Shown here piece by piece: positions 14,831 through 29,148 of a DNA stretch of 64,000 nt. Origin of the DNA: Eledone cirrhosa (Eukaryota); the NCBI GenBank assembly GCA_964016885.1, contig OZ024744.1, positions 89,094,001 through 89,158,000 on the forward strand, given 5' to 3'. Within the stretch, counting starts at the first letter, position 1; every line of letters begins with the position of its first letter. The notes below the pieces were generated by a model, which was not told the DNA's origin, did no database searches, and was given only the letters and a program-made list of their open reading frames with translations. Position numbers and translations under genes: made by a program.

Positions 14831-15002
14831 CACATACATACATACATACAAATATACATACATACATACATACATACATACATACATACATACATACATG
14901 ATGGCTGCCCCTCGTTATCGAGTATGGCCATTGCACGAAAAAAATTATAATAATAATAATGACAATAATAACAATAACAACAATAATAATAATAATAATA
15001 AT

Positions 15003-15318
15003 ACGAGAGTGCAAGAGAAGGAGAGGGAGAAAATTAACCGATACCAGGACTTAAAGTGGGAGGTAAAAAGGATGTGGAACTGCCATGAAGTCAAAGTGAT
15101 TGTCATAGGCGCACTAGGTACTATCTCAAAAAGTTTTCAGGGATGGTTAAAGAAAATTGGCCCCGCCACGCTTTTTGGAACGCTTCAAAAGGCATGCTTG
15201 CTGGGAACAGCAAGAACCCTCCGATACGTCCTGAATATCTGAGGCTGCAGGTAGTGGCTTGATATTCATTTCAACAAACTTTCCAGTTAACTAATATCAA
15301 TGACTGAGACTCAAAGAA
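15003..15318 (+). mobile_element. R4/Dong-clade LINE family A, short 5'-truncated 3' fragment in (TAA)n
   Basis: Encodes the RLE C-terminus ...KACLLGTARTLRYVLNI* plus family A 3' UTR; (TAA/CAA)n on both sides. Confidence 0.9.
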
Positions 15319-15357
15319 CAATAATAATAATAACGACAACAACAACAATAATAATAT

Positions 15358-15448
<91 letters not shown>

Positions 15449-15649
15449 CACACATAAACATATCTACACACACACACGATAGCAATTAACAGCGCTACGA
15501 TCGAATGTGGCTTTTTAGCCCACCCAATGATCTAAAATGTATTGCAAAGAGTTAGCAACCAAAACATACATACATACATACATACATACATACATACATA
15601 CATACATACATACATACATACATACATACATACATACATACATACATAC

Positions 15650-18600
15650 GACAGTCAGTCAACGCGATCAGTCGCACATTTTGGCGTGGGAGACTATTCA
15701 TTAAACTTAAGATGAATACTATTTCCGACAGTAATGCCATAATTACAGTCATGTTGAATAACTGGCCATGCTTCTAACTATATCAAGTGCAGACACCTTT
15801 TATTCGAATTCGTAGAGACATCCGACTAAATACATAGTTCATTATTTACAAGGATTTGCTACAAACAGTATGGCTGAACACAACAACATCAACATCACTA
15901 AGGAAGTACCGAAGAAAAACAGCGAGAAAGGTAAACAAAAGTTATTCAGTTGTAGCTATAGAAAAACCGAAATTATAAATCGCATTTCTCTTGGAGTTGC
16001 GAACTTAATGATTATTTATTTAATTGTTATAAGTTGGCAAAAAACAATCCCTCCATTGGCTATATGAACAGAATGAAGCTACACTAGGACAGAAATATAC
16101 CCAGAGCTCAATCATTTCACAGAGAAACAATTACGCCAACAAGCGACGTTTGTTGAACGTAAAAATAAGATAAATAGTATTAATTGTAAGTCTTCCAGAA
16201 CAAACATGGAATCAACAACACGTGCTACAGGTCACCAAGCTAGTAGACTTCCTAGCAGCCAGGTCGAACAGTGCCTTGAAACAACAATGCCTGTAAGAAA
16301 TTTGACACCACGTGTAACATTCGAGTCTACCTCGACTGTTGTGGAAAATACTATCGATAATAATAATAATCAAAAGTATAAACAATTGAGAATTTGCCTC
16401 AACGAAATCTTCCAGAGAGCAATTAATTCATGTATAAACATTTCTCTTGCTGAACATATTAAAACAACAATACTAAATAATTTTAAAAAAAATAATGAAA
16501 CATTACGTGTTATTGACGAAATAGGGGATGAATATTTACGACGGATTAAAACCCCAACATTTTGGCAAATCAACGCCTGTTTATATGCCTTAGCAACGAC
16601 AGTGAAGCATTATCTTGGTGATAGCAGATATATTAACAAGAAGAAAACCCCACCAAAAATAATATCACGTATAACTTAAGTAGTAAAAAAAGATTGCTAA
16701 CCTACGAAAAAACATAGGACATGTGACAATGCTCCTTACATGCAAACAAAAACAGAACAATTTCACTCCTCACCGACAAAGAGGGAAAAATAAAATAGAA
16801 ACGATGTTTGGTAACAGTAGAACTAGAACTCTTCAATATAAGCTGATCACCCTCAAACAAGATTTGAGAGCTGTAAACGAAAAAACGCCGATACCTGAAG
16901 AAGGTAGATGAAAGAAAAGCGTAATAAAAGATTCAGACGAAACCACACATCAGTCTATAGAGATATGAAGGGCAAAATAATAAGTGTCACTGAGGCACTA
17001 CCTCAGAAAGACATAGATTCCTTTTGGAGCAAAATATGGGGTGAAAAGAAGAATTTCAAAATAAATGAGGATACCTTTGAGACTCCAAGATAAGAAAACA
17101 CCAGGAAGAGACGATTGTCGGCTACTGGTACAAAAAACTGATATTCTATCGGAGATATCTTACTGACATCTACCAACAAGTTCTTAAGGGAGATACACTT
17201 ATACCAAAAAACTACCGACCCATTGCATGCCAGAGCCTGATGTATAAGATGTATACAGCCTGCCTGAACCTATTCCTCCAAGATCACTGCGAAAATAACA
17301 TCATCACAGATGAACAAGCAGCTGGAAAGAAACGGGTGTGCTGAACAATTCTTAATCAACAAAACTGCGATGTCGGATGTGCGACAACTTAGGAGGAATA
17401 TTGCTACAGTCTGGCTGGACTACAGGAAAGCTTTCGATTCTGTATGATAGAGATCCTTCGACTTGCTAAAGTCCCAGACATTGTTATCAGAGCCGTAGAG
17501 AAGCTGTCTTCTTCTTGGGCTACTATCCTAAAGTTAAAAACAGAGAATGGGGACTCTATTTTCACTGATAAAATAGAATATCACAGGGGTATATTTCAAG
17601 GAGACAGTCTCTCTATGATACTATTTATCCTGTCATTAAACCCCTTGTCCCTTCTTCTCAAGAAATGTGAAGGATACATCTTTGGCTCACAGTAGGGTAG
17701 AAATACGAACCTAACCCATAATTTATTTGTGAATGATCTGGAACTCTATGCCAAGAACATGGATGGGATGAAGAAAAATCTTGACCGGGTTACAACATTC
17801 TCAAAGGATTTAGGAATGGAGTTTGGCCAAGATAAATGCTCATACATGACTGTTAAGCGGGGAAAAACAACAACCCAATCTAGCAACATTGTCATCAATG
17901 GCCTAACTGTTTCACCGATATCTGATGAGGACTGCTACAGACACCTGGGGATAGATGAGAACATATCCTATAATGGTATCTGTAATAAGGAACGCGTAAC
18001 GAGGGAATATTACACCAGATTAAGAAAAATATCGTCATCGGAACTCTCTGCGCACAACAAAACAGTGACTCACAATGTGTTTGCTGTGCCTGTCCTAACA
18101 CCAACGTTTCAAAAAATTAATTGGACGATAGAGGAATAGCGAGAAAAAGATGTAAGGACTCGAAAAATACTAAACAACACCGGAAACTTCCACATGAACA
18201 GTGACATAGACCGCCTCTACTTGAAATGTATGCAGGGAGGCAGAGGCCTAACATCAATCGAGACACCATTTGAATTTCGCATCATATCCCTCCGACAACA
18301 ACTACGAACCTCGAAGCGTAGGAGCCCGTCTCTCAAGAAAGTCTATCTGCATGAGACAGATAAGATCGTGAGAGTTGGGAAGGAACTCCTTGAAAGATAT
18401 TCCCTGTGAGATAATCAAAATCTCACACCCAGGGAAGTTGCTCAGCAGTACAGCAGTGAATCCATGGATGAAAAATTGCATGCTTATCAGCAAAAAATCA
18501 TGCATGGATATGTTGCCAGAAAGCTCCAGCGTGAGAGTAATATAGATAAGGAAAAAAGGAATGCACAGTAGTGGAATTTAGGTGCCCTGTAGATGTCAAT

Positions 18601-19047
18601 ATAATATCAAAGATTAGTGAAAAGGAGAATATTTATGCAGAACTAATGAGAATCTGCAGATACTCCAGCCTTCAGATTTATGCCCGTGATTATTGGGGCA
18701 CTGGGATATGTTAGTAACTGCCTCAATACAAATCTTGAGAAGCTAGGCAATAGAAAGAACACAACTAGTTAGGAAATTACAAGTACAATATATTCATGGA
18801 AAGTAAAATTATGTAAAACATTCCAAAAATGTTGCATCTAATAACATATGTACAGATACAACTCAAAGCATCCACATCCACACATACAATAACATCTATA
18901 CCTGAACACACATGCATGCATGCAGACATGCAGACATATCTACCTTGTTGATGTTGTGTAACTTCGAATGAGACAGTCTTGTGTCTATGTTAGAAACCGA
19001 CTCTCTCTCTATTGGCAAAAATTTGTGAAATTGTAAAACCAGAAGAA
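15650..19047 (+). mobile_element. R4/Dong-clade LINE family C, old and degenerate, inserted in (TACA)n
   Basis: Broken RT motifs ([50 protein letters not shown]) and RLE remnant PVIIGALG; (TACA)n upstream (15564-15649) and (CATA)n tail (19048-19063). Confidence 0.85.
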
Positions 19048-19360
19048 CATACATACATACATATTTGGTGACTCAAATCAGTTTACACTCTTCTGCTAAT
19101 GATATGTATCAAGGAAGATAAAACAGATTTAATCAAAATGATAAATCAAAAGCGAATTTTCTTTACTATAGGTCGCTTCATTCTTGCATTTATTGTTCGT
19201 TTATGTCAGTTTTTATTATGTACATTTATTTATAATTTTAGCATTGGAATTAATGATTTTCGGTGTAGACTTTCAGAATTGAGTAAGGTTTTGGAACTGT
19301 TATCCCCAAATAATGAACATGCATATATATATAAACACACACACACGCACACACACACAC

Positions 19361-19476
<116 letters not shown>

Positions 19477-19509
19477 GCATGTATACATATATATATATAG
19501 CTTCCGAAA

Positions 19510-19733
<224 letters not shown>

Positions 19734-20037
19734 CCTGCGTGAAACATGGACAAGGGTGTGGGCGCCTACAGGCCGGGAAGGCTGCGGCAGGGCGCGAGCG
19801 TTTCAATCGTACAACCCCTTACCTCCTACAGAAGTAATTCCGATATAAGAAACAACTTTGATTGACAGGTGGCATATGAAAGGAACCAGATAAATGACCA
19901 CCATGAGTGACCAAAATTACCGATGACGTGTACAATTCTTGACCACTCAGCGACAAAATACAACAGGATTTAAGCTGGCGAGTGAGGGCCGCCGGTGTAA
20001 CTGGACATTTGGAAACTCTGCTTCGTAGAATCGAGAC

Positions 20038-20152
20038 GTATCTGAGGACCTTGCGATTTCAGAGTCAAGTTCGATCATTACATCGATCGTACCTCGAGCT
20101 GGTCGCCAGAGAAACGATTTTAATATGTCTAATAAATTTTAATTCGTCGCAC
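20038..20152 (+). ncRNA. Candidate degenerate type I hammerhead ribozyme
   Basis: CTGAGGA (20042-20048), stem II GCGAT/GTCGC and CAG/CTG, GAAA (20111-20114), stem III ACGA/TCGT, triplet GTC; stem I GTAT/GCAC imperfect. Confidence 0.4.
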
Positions 20153-20252
20153 CACTGATTCTCTGTTTCTTATGTTATATTATACTCTGCGCTGTAAGAG
20201 CATCGAGTGCTCGAACGGCCTACTGCATACGGACGCTTAAGTATCCCACACC

Positions 20253-20381
<129 letters not shown>

Positions 20382-20395
20382 CAGAGAGAGAGAGA

Positions 20396-20502
20396 CCCTT
20401 CGATAGCTGAGTTCAGACCTAACTGTCGAAACGGCCGGAGCTCAGCCGTCGGAGTCCTAGCTCTTTTCCTATTACCAACTCTACTACCCAGTATCGAGTA
20501 CT
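20396..20502 (+). mobile_element. Penelope-like pLTR fragment with the 3' half of a hammerhead
   Basis: GTCGAAACGGC..GCCGTCGGAGT...CCTATTACCAACTCTACTACCCAGTATCGAGTACT matches 8772-8849 and 60141-60218. Confidence 0.7.
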
Positions 20503-23282
20503 AAACTTAGAAAATTGAAAAAAAAGTACAGTATAAAATCAACATGTGACATAGACATGCTGATAGAAATAATCAAGCAAAAAGTGTCGGCCAAAGCTGC
20601 TCGTATAAGGCGCTTTGAAAAACGATCTAGATTCTATAGGGACAATAATATGTTCAAAAACAACCAAAGAAACTTCTACAGAAAAATTGGTAAGTCAACA
20701 ATAACTGCTAAATCAATACCACCCAAGGAGGAAGTACAAGAATTCTGGGAAAAGATCTGGGCTGAAGAAAAAGTTCATAACATACATGCCCCATGGATAG
20801 ACAGACAAATGAAAGATACAGCTCACATTGAGGAACAAACATGGGAAAATATAACAGTTGAACAGTTGAGCTTGACTCTAAGAAAAACCAGCAAATGGAA
20901 ATCCCCAGGAAAAGACAAAATACAAAACTTTTGGATAAATGCCTTCACAGAGTCTCATGAGCTGTTAGCCCAACTTTACAATGAAATAGTTAAGGAGCCA
21001 GAAAACTTACCTTCATGGCTAGTTAACGGCATTACATTCCTGCTTCCGAAGAATGATGAGACAAACAATCCCAAAAATTAGAGACCGATAACTTGCTTGA
21101 CCACAATGTATAAAATGTTAACATCAGTCCTAACTGAATACACATATGATCACCTGATAACAAATGACCTATTTCCCATTGAGCAGAAAGGGTGTAAACG
21201 AGGCTCATATGGCTGTAAGGATCAGCTTCTGGTTAACAAGATGATACTGGAAGATTGTCATAATAGACACAAAAATCTATCAATTGCTTGGATAGATTAT
21301 AAAAAAGCATTCGATAGTTTGCCACACAGTTGGATTGAAAAATGTTTAGAGATTTTCAAAATGTCCCCCGTTGTCAGGAGGTTTTTGTCATTCAGTACGA
21401 AGACATGGAAAACGACACTCCTTTCGAATAGTGAAACAAAATCACTGGAAGCTGGAGAAGTTAATATTAATTGTGGAATTTTTCAGGGTGACTCTTTATC
21501 ACCGCTTTTATTCTGCATCGCACTTATACCATTAAGTAAAATGCTCAATGAAACAAAACATGGATATAAAGTCTATGACAAAACCATTAATCACCTGTTC
21601 TACATGGATGACCTGAAACTATTTGCAAAAAATGATGAACAATTGCAAGGGCTATTATCCACTGTGGAGCAGTTCAGTGATGACATTAAAATGGAGTTTG
21701 GACTGGATAAATGCGCCAAAGCAACGTTCACCAGAGGAAAGCTGCTGAAGAGTTCAGACATTAATCTTGATCGAGGGAATGTGATAAGAGAACTTGATCA
21801 AGAGGAAACTTACAAATATCTAGGTGTTTGTGAAGGAGACGGAATCAAGCACTCGACAATGAGGGAAAGGATAAGGAAGTAATGTTACCGCAGAGTAAGA
21901 GCAATCTTAAGAACGGAATTGAATGCAAGGAATAGGATCGATGCCATAAACACGCTTGCCATACCAGTTACAATGTCATCAAGTGGTCAAGCACAGAGAT
22001 CCGTAGGCTCGATACAAAAATTCGAAAATTCTTAACCATGCACAGAATGCATCACCCTAAGGCAGATACAGATAGAATATATCTCCCTAGGAAAGAAGGA
22101 GGACGTGGGTTAATCCAGTTAGACATTGCGTTGAAAACTGCAACAATTGGATTATCTACATATCTAAGGGAATCACATGATTGGATGATCAAACTCGTTT
22201 TGAAACACGAAAGCATCAAAAGATCATACTCCATTACAAAAGATGCACAAAGATACAGTAATGGACTACACATTTCAGAAGTCCCATTTACTGCTGAAAT
22301 GGAAAACACAGAAAAAGCAAAGCAGGTAAAAGTAACTGCAAAGAAAGAACTGCTACAGAAACTGGCTAAGAAATGGCAAGAAAAGTCTCTGTATGGAAAA
22401 TACCCAGAGCGAGCTAACAATCCTGATGTTGACAAAACTTTAACCCATCAGTGGTTGGCATCCTCTGGACTGAAATCGGACACTGAAGGACTGATTATAT
22501 CAGCACAAGATCAATGTCTGCCAACAAAAAATTACCAAGCCAACATAATAAAAAATGGATGCAGCCCATTATGCCGTGTATGTAAAAAAACAACCAGAGA
22601 CCATTGAACATATAATTTCAATGTGCAGTCCTATAGCTCCAACCGAATACCTAAACAGGCATGACAGAGCTGCACAATACATACATTGGATAATGTGTAA
22701 GCATTTTGACCTGCCCCATCAAAAGAATTGGAGGGAGCATCAACCACCTCCCATATTTGAAAAAGATCACATCTCAATCTTGTGGAACTTTAGCATCCAA
22801 ACAGACCGAAAAATAGATGCAAATAGACCTGATATAATATTGAAGGACTTTCAAAAGAGGGTATGCCTGCTAATTGATATGTCCGTTCCAATAGACAAGA
22901 ATGTATCTATAAAAACATTTGAAAAATTGAGCAAGTAAAGGACCTGGAGATAGAAATTGGAAAAATGTGGAAATTGAGAACTAAAACAATACCAGTGGTG
23001 TAGGCGCTCTAGGAATGATACCTAAGGGGTCTAATGATTACTTATCGCAAATCCCAGGAAACCCGCGTATAGGAGAAATACAAAAGATAGTACTAATGGG
23101 AACTGCCCATATACTAAGGAAGATTCTGTCAATATAAGTACATCACAAGTCTAAACACTAAAGATGCATGTGTGAGTATGTATGTTCTTTCTTGAACATG
23201 GCGGACCTTGTTGTCTCTTGAGGTCACTGGTTGTGACTTGGTGATAACTCGTATGAACATAAAGCAAGATAAATGCAACTGT
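20503..23282 (+). mobile_element. R4/Dong-clade LINE family B, 5'-truncated, with stops and frameshifts
   Basis: RT ([21 protein letters not shown]), CCHC knuckle (CRVC...H...C), RLE (RHD, RPDII, EKLSK), ends HILRKILSI*; (TAA)n tail 23282-23299. Confidence 0.95.
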
Positions 23283-23299
23283 AATAATAATAATAATAA

Positions 23300-26200
23300 G
23301 CAGACAATGATCTGAATGCTGAAATAAATAATACCTGGAACAAAGATACGACCATTGAGGAGATGAATGCTGACGGGCTAGGACAAGATTTGGTTGATAT
23401 CCTAAACTTAGTGGTAGATGAATTGAACAATGATAGTGGGAAACCTATGAACCTATGATTTGTAGGCAGGAAAAAGTTAAAAGAAATAACAGCTAAGGTA
23501 AACAAAGTCATCCCATACCTTGAGGCGAGGAGCCTTCACCAGTGCAACAATATCCTCAAAGCAACAGCAAGTTCGGTGAGGAAATTACTTGGTATAAAAG
23601 CGAGAGGAAACAGCAAACAAGAAAGACCAGAGCCTTGGTGGAAGAAACGAATGAGTGGTCAAATCAGGGAAATGAGAACTGACATTGTAAAGCTTGAGTC
23701 CCTACTGAATGGGACACTAAAAAACATAGACACTAAAAATAGACTGGAAATAAAGTACAAAACTAGGAGGAAAAAGCTAAATATTATCATAGAGGAACTG
23801 AAGCAACGCATTGTAGCAAAGAGTGCAAAAATTAGGCGATACGAGAGCAGAGTCAGTCAGTATAGACAGAACCGCATGGTTGACAACAACCAGAAGATGC
23901 TATTTGGACAGCTTGAGGGGAAAGAAAGAGGCAACGACTTGATCCCTGAGGCGGAACAAACTAAAACATTCTGGAGAGGAATATGGGAGCAGGATGTTAA
24001 ACATAATGACCAGGCAGTGTGGATTGAGACAGTACAGAAGGAGATTAGTGAACAGGCACACCAACAAACTGACTTGAGTATCACAGTTGAAACAGTAAGG
24101 GGCAGAGACCAAAAAACTAACCAACTGGAAATCACCAGGCCCAGATGGTGTGCAGGAGTATTGGATTAAAAATATAACATCTCTCCCCCGAAACTGACAA
24201 CCATGTTCAATGACTGCTTGATGTCAGGTGAGGTACCAGAGTGGTTGACAAAAGGTACCACAGTTCTGGTAATGAAAGACCGAATCAAGGGTAATGATGT
24301 TACCAACTATAGACCTATTACATGTCTGTCCGTAATGTGGAAACTGTTGACAAGCATTATGTCTGAGGAAATCTACCATCACCTCCACACAAACAACTTG
24401 TTACCGGACGAACAGAAAGGATGCCGAAAGAAGTCCCGTGGTACAAAGGACCAGTTACTTATTGATAAGATGGTAATGAGGAATTGCAAGAGGAGACACA
24501 CTGATCTTGCCATGGGATGGATAGACTACAAAAAGGCATTTGACATGGTGCCTCATTCTTGGATCACCAAAAGCCTAGAGATCTTCAAGGTGGCAGATAA
24601 CATCAGACAGTTGTTGGGCAAAAGTATGAAGTCCTGGGAAACAGAGTTAACATCAGCTGGAGAATCTTTGGGAGGCGTGTAGATCAAGAGAGGTATCTTC
24701 CAGGGTTTAGTCTGTCCCCTCTGTTGTTTGTCCTTGCCCTGATGCCCCTTATACTGCGAAAAGTGAGAGCAAGATACAAGTTGGGAAAAGGAGAGCTTAC
24801 CATCAATAACCTCCTCTTCATGGACGATATTAAGCTCTTCGGGAAGAGCGAGAAGGAGTTGGATGTGCTTGTTGACACTGTCCGTATTTTCAGCAGTGAT
24901 ATATGTATTTTCAGCAATGATATATGTATGCAATTTGGTATTAGTAAGTGTGGAGTCCTTGTGATGAAGAGGGGTAAACTGAGCAGAAGCAACGGAATCC
25001 AGGTGCCAACAGGTGAGATGATAAAGGAAATTGACACTGAAGAAGGATACAAGTACTTGGGCGTTCTGGAGGCTGATGGCATAAAGAACAAAAAAATGAA
25101 GGAATTGTTAAGAACTGAATACATTCGGAGAGTAAGGAGCGTATTGAAGTCACATCTGAACAGCAGAAATGCCATAAGCGCAGTAAATTCCCGAGCTGTG
25201 TCTATTATTAGGTACAGTGCGGGAATTCTGAGATGGAATGTTGCTGAACAAAAAGAAATGGATAGGAAGACTAGGAAGCTATTGACTATCTACAACATGT
25301 TCCACAAGAGGAGTGATGTCGATAGACTCTACCTAAGGAGATCTGAGGGTGGAAGAGGTCTTATCAGCATAGAGGACTGTGTTCAGATGGAGAAAAACAA
25401 CCTATACAAATACGTGACCTATAGTAAGGAGCCAATTCTCAGAACTGTACTGAAGGAGGGGACAGTAGGCCAGGGGATGTCCAAGGAGGAAATAACATCA
25501 AGGAGGAAGAGCAGCCTTAAAGGAAAATCCCTTCATAGTACCTTCTTTGAGAAAACTGAATTTAGAGATCCACAGACATGGAACTGGTTGAGAAGAGGAG
25601 ACCTCAAAAAGGCTACAGAAGGAATGCTAATGGCTGCGCAGGAGCAGGCCCTCAAAACGAAGTGGTTGAAGCACCATATTTACAAGGAGGAGGCTAGCCC
25701 ACTGTGCAGGATCTGTGGAGAGAGAGAGGAGACTGTGGCTCACATTGTGTCCGAGTGTAAACACCTAGCCCAGACCCACTATAAGGGCTGGAGACACGAT
25801 GTGATGGGCAGGGTGATCCACTGGCACCTGTGCAAAGTAAACAATTTACCACATTCTGAGAAATGGTATGAGCATAGGCCAGAGGCGGTGATGGAGAACA
25901 ATCAGGTGAAGGTGCTGTGGGATTTTAGGATACATACGGACAAAAATCTGGAATACAATAGACCTGACCTGGTGGTTTTGGACAAAGAAAAAAGATCGTG
26001 TCTGATTGTGGATGTGGCCTGCCCTTTCGACACGAGAGTGCAAGAGAAGGAGAGGGAGAAAATTAACCGATACCAGGACCTAAAGTGGGAGGTGAAAAGG
26101 ATTTGGAACTGCCATGAAATCAAAGTGATCCCGATTGTCATAGGCGCACTGGGGACTATCTCCAAAAGTTTCCAGGGATGGTTAAAGAAAATCGGCCCTT

Positions 26201-26353
26201 TCACGCTTTTTGGAACGCTTCAAAAGGCATGCTTGCTTGGAACAGCAAGAACCCTCCGATACGTCCTAAATATCTGAGGCTGCAGGTAGTGGCTTGATAT
26301 TCATTCCAACGGCCTTTCCAGTTAACCAACATCAATGACTGAGATTCAAGGAA
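23300..26353 (+). mobile_element. R4/Dong-clade LINE family A, 5'-truncated
   Basis: ORF pieces 23576-24169, 24203-24682, 24724-26277 with FMDD, CRIC...H...C, RPDLVV; begins at the family B tail and ends in (TAA)n; 21-bp in-frame duplication near 24885-24925. Confidence 0.95.
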
Positions 26354-26386
26354 TAACAACAATAATAATAATAATAATAATAATAA

Positions 26387-26557
26387 TAAAGAAAATTGGC
26401 CCCGCCACGCTTTTTGGAACGCTTCAAAAGGCATGCTTGCTGGGAACAGCAAGAACCCTCCGATACGTCCTGAATATCTGAGGCTGCAGGTAGTGGCTTG
26501 ATATTCATTTCAACAAACTTTCCAGTTAACTAACATCAATGACTGAGACTCAAAGAA
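26387..26557 (+). mobile_element. R4/Dong family A mini 3' fragment (same subfamily as the 15003 copy)
   Basis: Shares diagnostic GGCCCCGCCACGC and TCAACAAACTTTCCAGTTAACTAA with 15003-15318; (TAA)n on both sides. Confidence 0.9.
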
Positions 26558-26574
26558 CAATAATAATAATGTCC

Positions 26575-26694
26575 GTTTACAATTGTTTCGCTACTCCATA
26601 TAATATTTCTGGATCAAATGAGTATAGATCATTATTGATCTGGTTTCAGATGAAAGTAATTAACTTAGGTAAAAATGGAGCAGCTCTTCAGAAC
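26575..26694 (-). ncRNA. Type I hammerhead ribozyme (Penelope-type, palindromic stem III)
   Basis: Stem I GTT/AAC, CTGAAGA, 10-bp stem II GCTGCTCCAT/ATGGAGTAGC, GAAA, palindrome ACAATTGT, triplet GTA. Confidence 0.8.
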
Positions 26695-27029
26695 TTCAAA
26701 AGAGATAATGAAAATATTGATAAAGGTACGATGGAATAAGGAATATAAAGTAAGGTAAAGAAAGATGGTTACATGAATGTAATGTTCCATATATTGTTAT
26801 TTCACTATGGTGTACTGTGTCTATCTATTGTCTGCTATAGGCATGCGTTATTCTTTCAAGGGAAGTAACTCCCATAGAATTTAGAAATTGTAGGTGATTT
26901 ATAGCTAAGAAGTGCTAATGAGCTTAAGTGAGAGACAGTGTTGGAGAGGTAACTTATAATTATCTAAGTCTGGGTTAAATATTTAACATGTTAGCTATAA
27001 GTAAAAGTGGGATTAGATGACTATGTTGG

Positions 27030-28340
27030 GTCAAATATTCTGTTGGCGAAGGAATTTGCCCTTCGATTTTGACAGCTAAAAGTTATCACGTTTCTATCGT
27101 TAATTGGTAGAGGTCGTGATAGAGTTATGTAATAGGCCTCGGTAAGACAGAGATCACAAGAGTTTCTTCGTCTATTGAACGCTTGGGCTCTAGCCAAGAT
27201 ATCCCATGTTAGTGAGTGTTCAATGTTGGTTAATTTAAGGTTTTGAATGAGCCTAGCTAGAGATGTCGAACATCTGTTGTTAGGGTCTCGGAAGGAAAAT
27301 GAGTACGCGTTTTAGCGTACCTTAAAAGGGTTAGAGGTAGAGCCAATATAGGAGCTGGTATGTGATGCTGTTTTAACTGTGCACCTATATACTATATTGG
27401 GTATAAGGCATTGTCCATTTAGTGGGCATGCATTAGGGTAACGGCAGTTGCAGTTACTGCTGCCGCTAGTGAGGGTTGGGTTGTTTAAACTATGCGGTTG
27501 GTGTGTGCTAGAAGGATTAGATGAGGGAGGTATGCTACTAGAGTAAGTATTGGTGTACTGGCGTGGTGTATTTGAGGGGGTGGTTACTGAATGCGATGTG
27601 GCTAGCTAGGTTAGGGGTTGCGGAGAATGAGATTTTAATGTTGTTTTTATTAAAGAGTTTGTAATATCTATGGTTGGTGGTGGGGAATGTTTAGATAGGA
27701 TTGGGAAGAAGCGTTTAGGAAAATATTAGTGGCTAAATTAGGTGATATTTCTAGGCCTATTCTTTCTAGGGGTTCTAGTGGAGTTGGCAGGGGCCTTCAT
27801 AGGGTTATTATTACATGGGCGTTTGTTATTTGTCATCCCATTGCTCATTCCTATTCTAGGGTTGATTTTGAGTCTGCTAGTAGGAGTGGGAAGTAGGCCT
27901 CTGCCACCATCATGGTTCCCTGTATAGGTGGTGTTACTGCTAAAATTCCGGAGTATCTGGCTACATGCTAAGGTATTTCTAGTTCTAGTGTTAAATTGAA
28001 TATGGTTGTGGTGAAGTACTGTGTTATGGCATTTAGGTATGTAGTAAATGGACTGTTCATAACCAGATTCAGAAAGGGCCTTATTATAATATGCTGCATG
28101 GTTCATAAATATCTCCTCATTCTCGGATAACATGGAGATCCTATACGAGATAGATATGATGACTGCCGCTAGGTGGTTAGAGTGCGGGCTAATATATGTA
28201 AGTATTTCACCTGGTTTATGATAAGGGTAATATAAGTTATTGTTAAAATCTAGGGTAACGTCCAGGAAGTTTACTACTTTATGGTTCGGTTCGATGGTGG
28301 TAGAAAGACCGTTATTTTTAAAAAGTCTATGTAATTGTTT
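27030..28340 (-). pseudogene. Penelope-like RT C-terminus plus GIY-YIG endonuclease, disrupted
   Basis: ORF 27738-28376 plus downstream disrupted GIY-YIG; the inverted GIY-YIG copy is within ORF 28240-28734 (+). Confidence 0.8.
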
Positions 28341-29148
28341 ACAATGCCTAACACCCAATATAGTATATAGGTGCACAGTTAAAACAGCATCGCATACCAG
28401 CTCCTATATTGCCTCTACTTCTAACCCTTTTAAGGTACGCTATAACGCGCACTCATTTTCCTTCCGAGACCCTAGCAATAGATGTTCAACATCTCTAGCT
28501 AGGCTCATTAAAAACCTTAAATTAACCAACATTGAACACTCACTAACATGGGATATCTTGGCTAGAGCCCAAGCGTTCAATGGACGAAGAAACTCTTGTG
28601 ATCTCTGTATTACCGAGGCCTATTACATAATTCTATCACGACCTCTACCAATTAACGATAGAAACGTGATAACTTTTAGCTGTCAAAATCGAAGGGTTAA
28701 TTCCTTCGCCAACAGAATATTTGACGTAACATAGTCATCTAATCCCACTTTTACTTATAGCTAACATGTTAAATAGTTAACCCAGACTTAGATAATTATA
28801 AGTTACCTCCCCAACACTGTCTCTCACTTAAGCTCATTAGCAATTCTTAGCTATAAATCACCTACAATTTCTAAATTCTCTGGGAGTTACTTCCCTTGAA
28901 ACCCGTCTCTAATTAGTAAGGTAAATATGTCCTTAGGTAGCCATCTTGTTATGCATAGGCAGATCTCGCATAATGCAGCCTCGACAGAAGAATAACGCAT
29001 GCCTATAGCAGACAATAGATAGACACAGTACACCATAGTGAAATACCAATATATGGAACATTACATTCATGTAACCATCTTTCTTTACCTTACTTTATAT
29101 TCCTAATTCCATCGAACCTTTATCAATATTTTCATTATCTCTTTTGAA

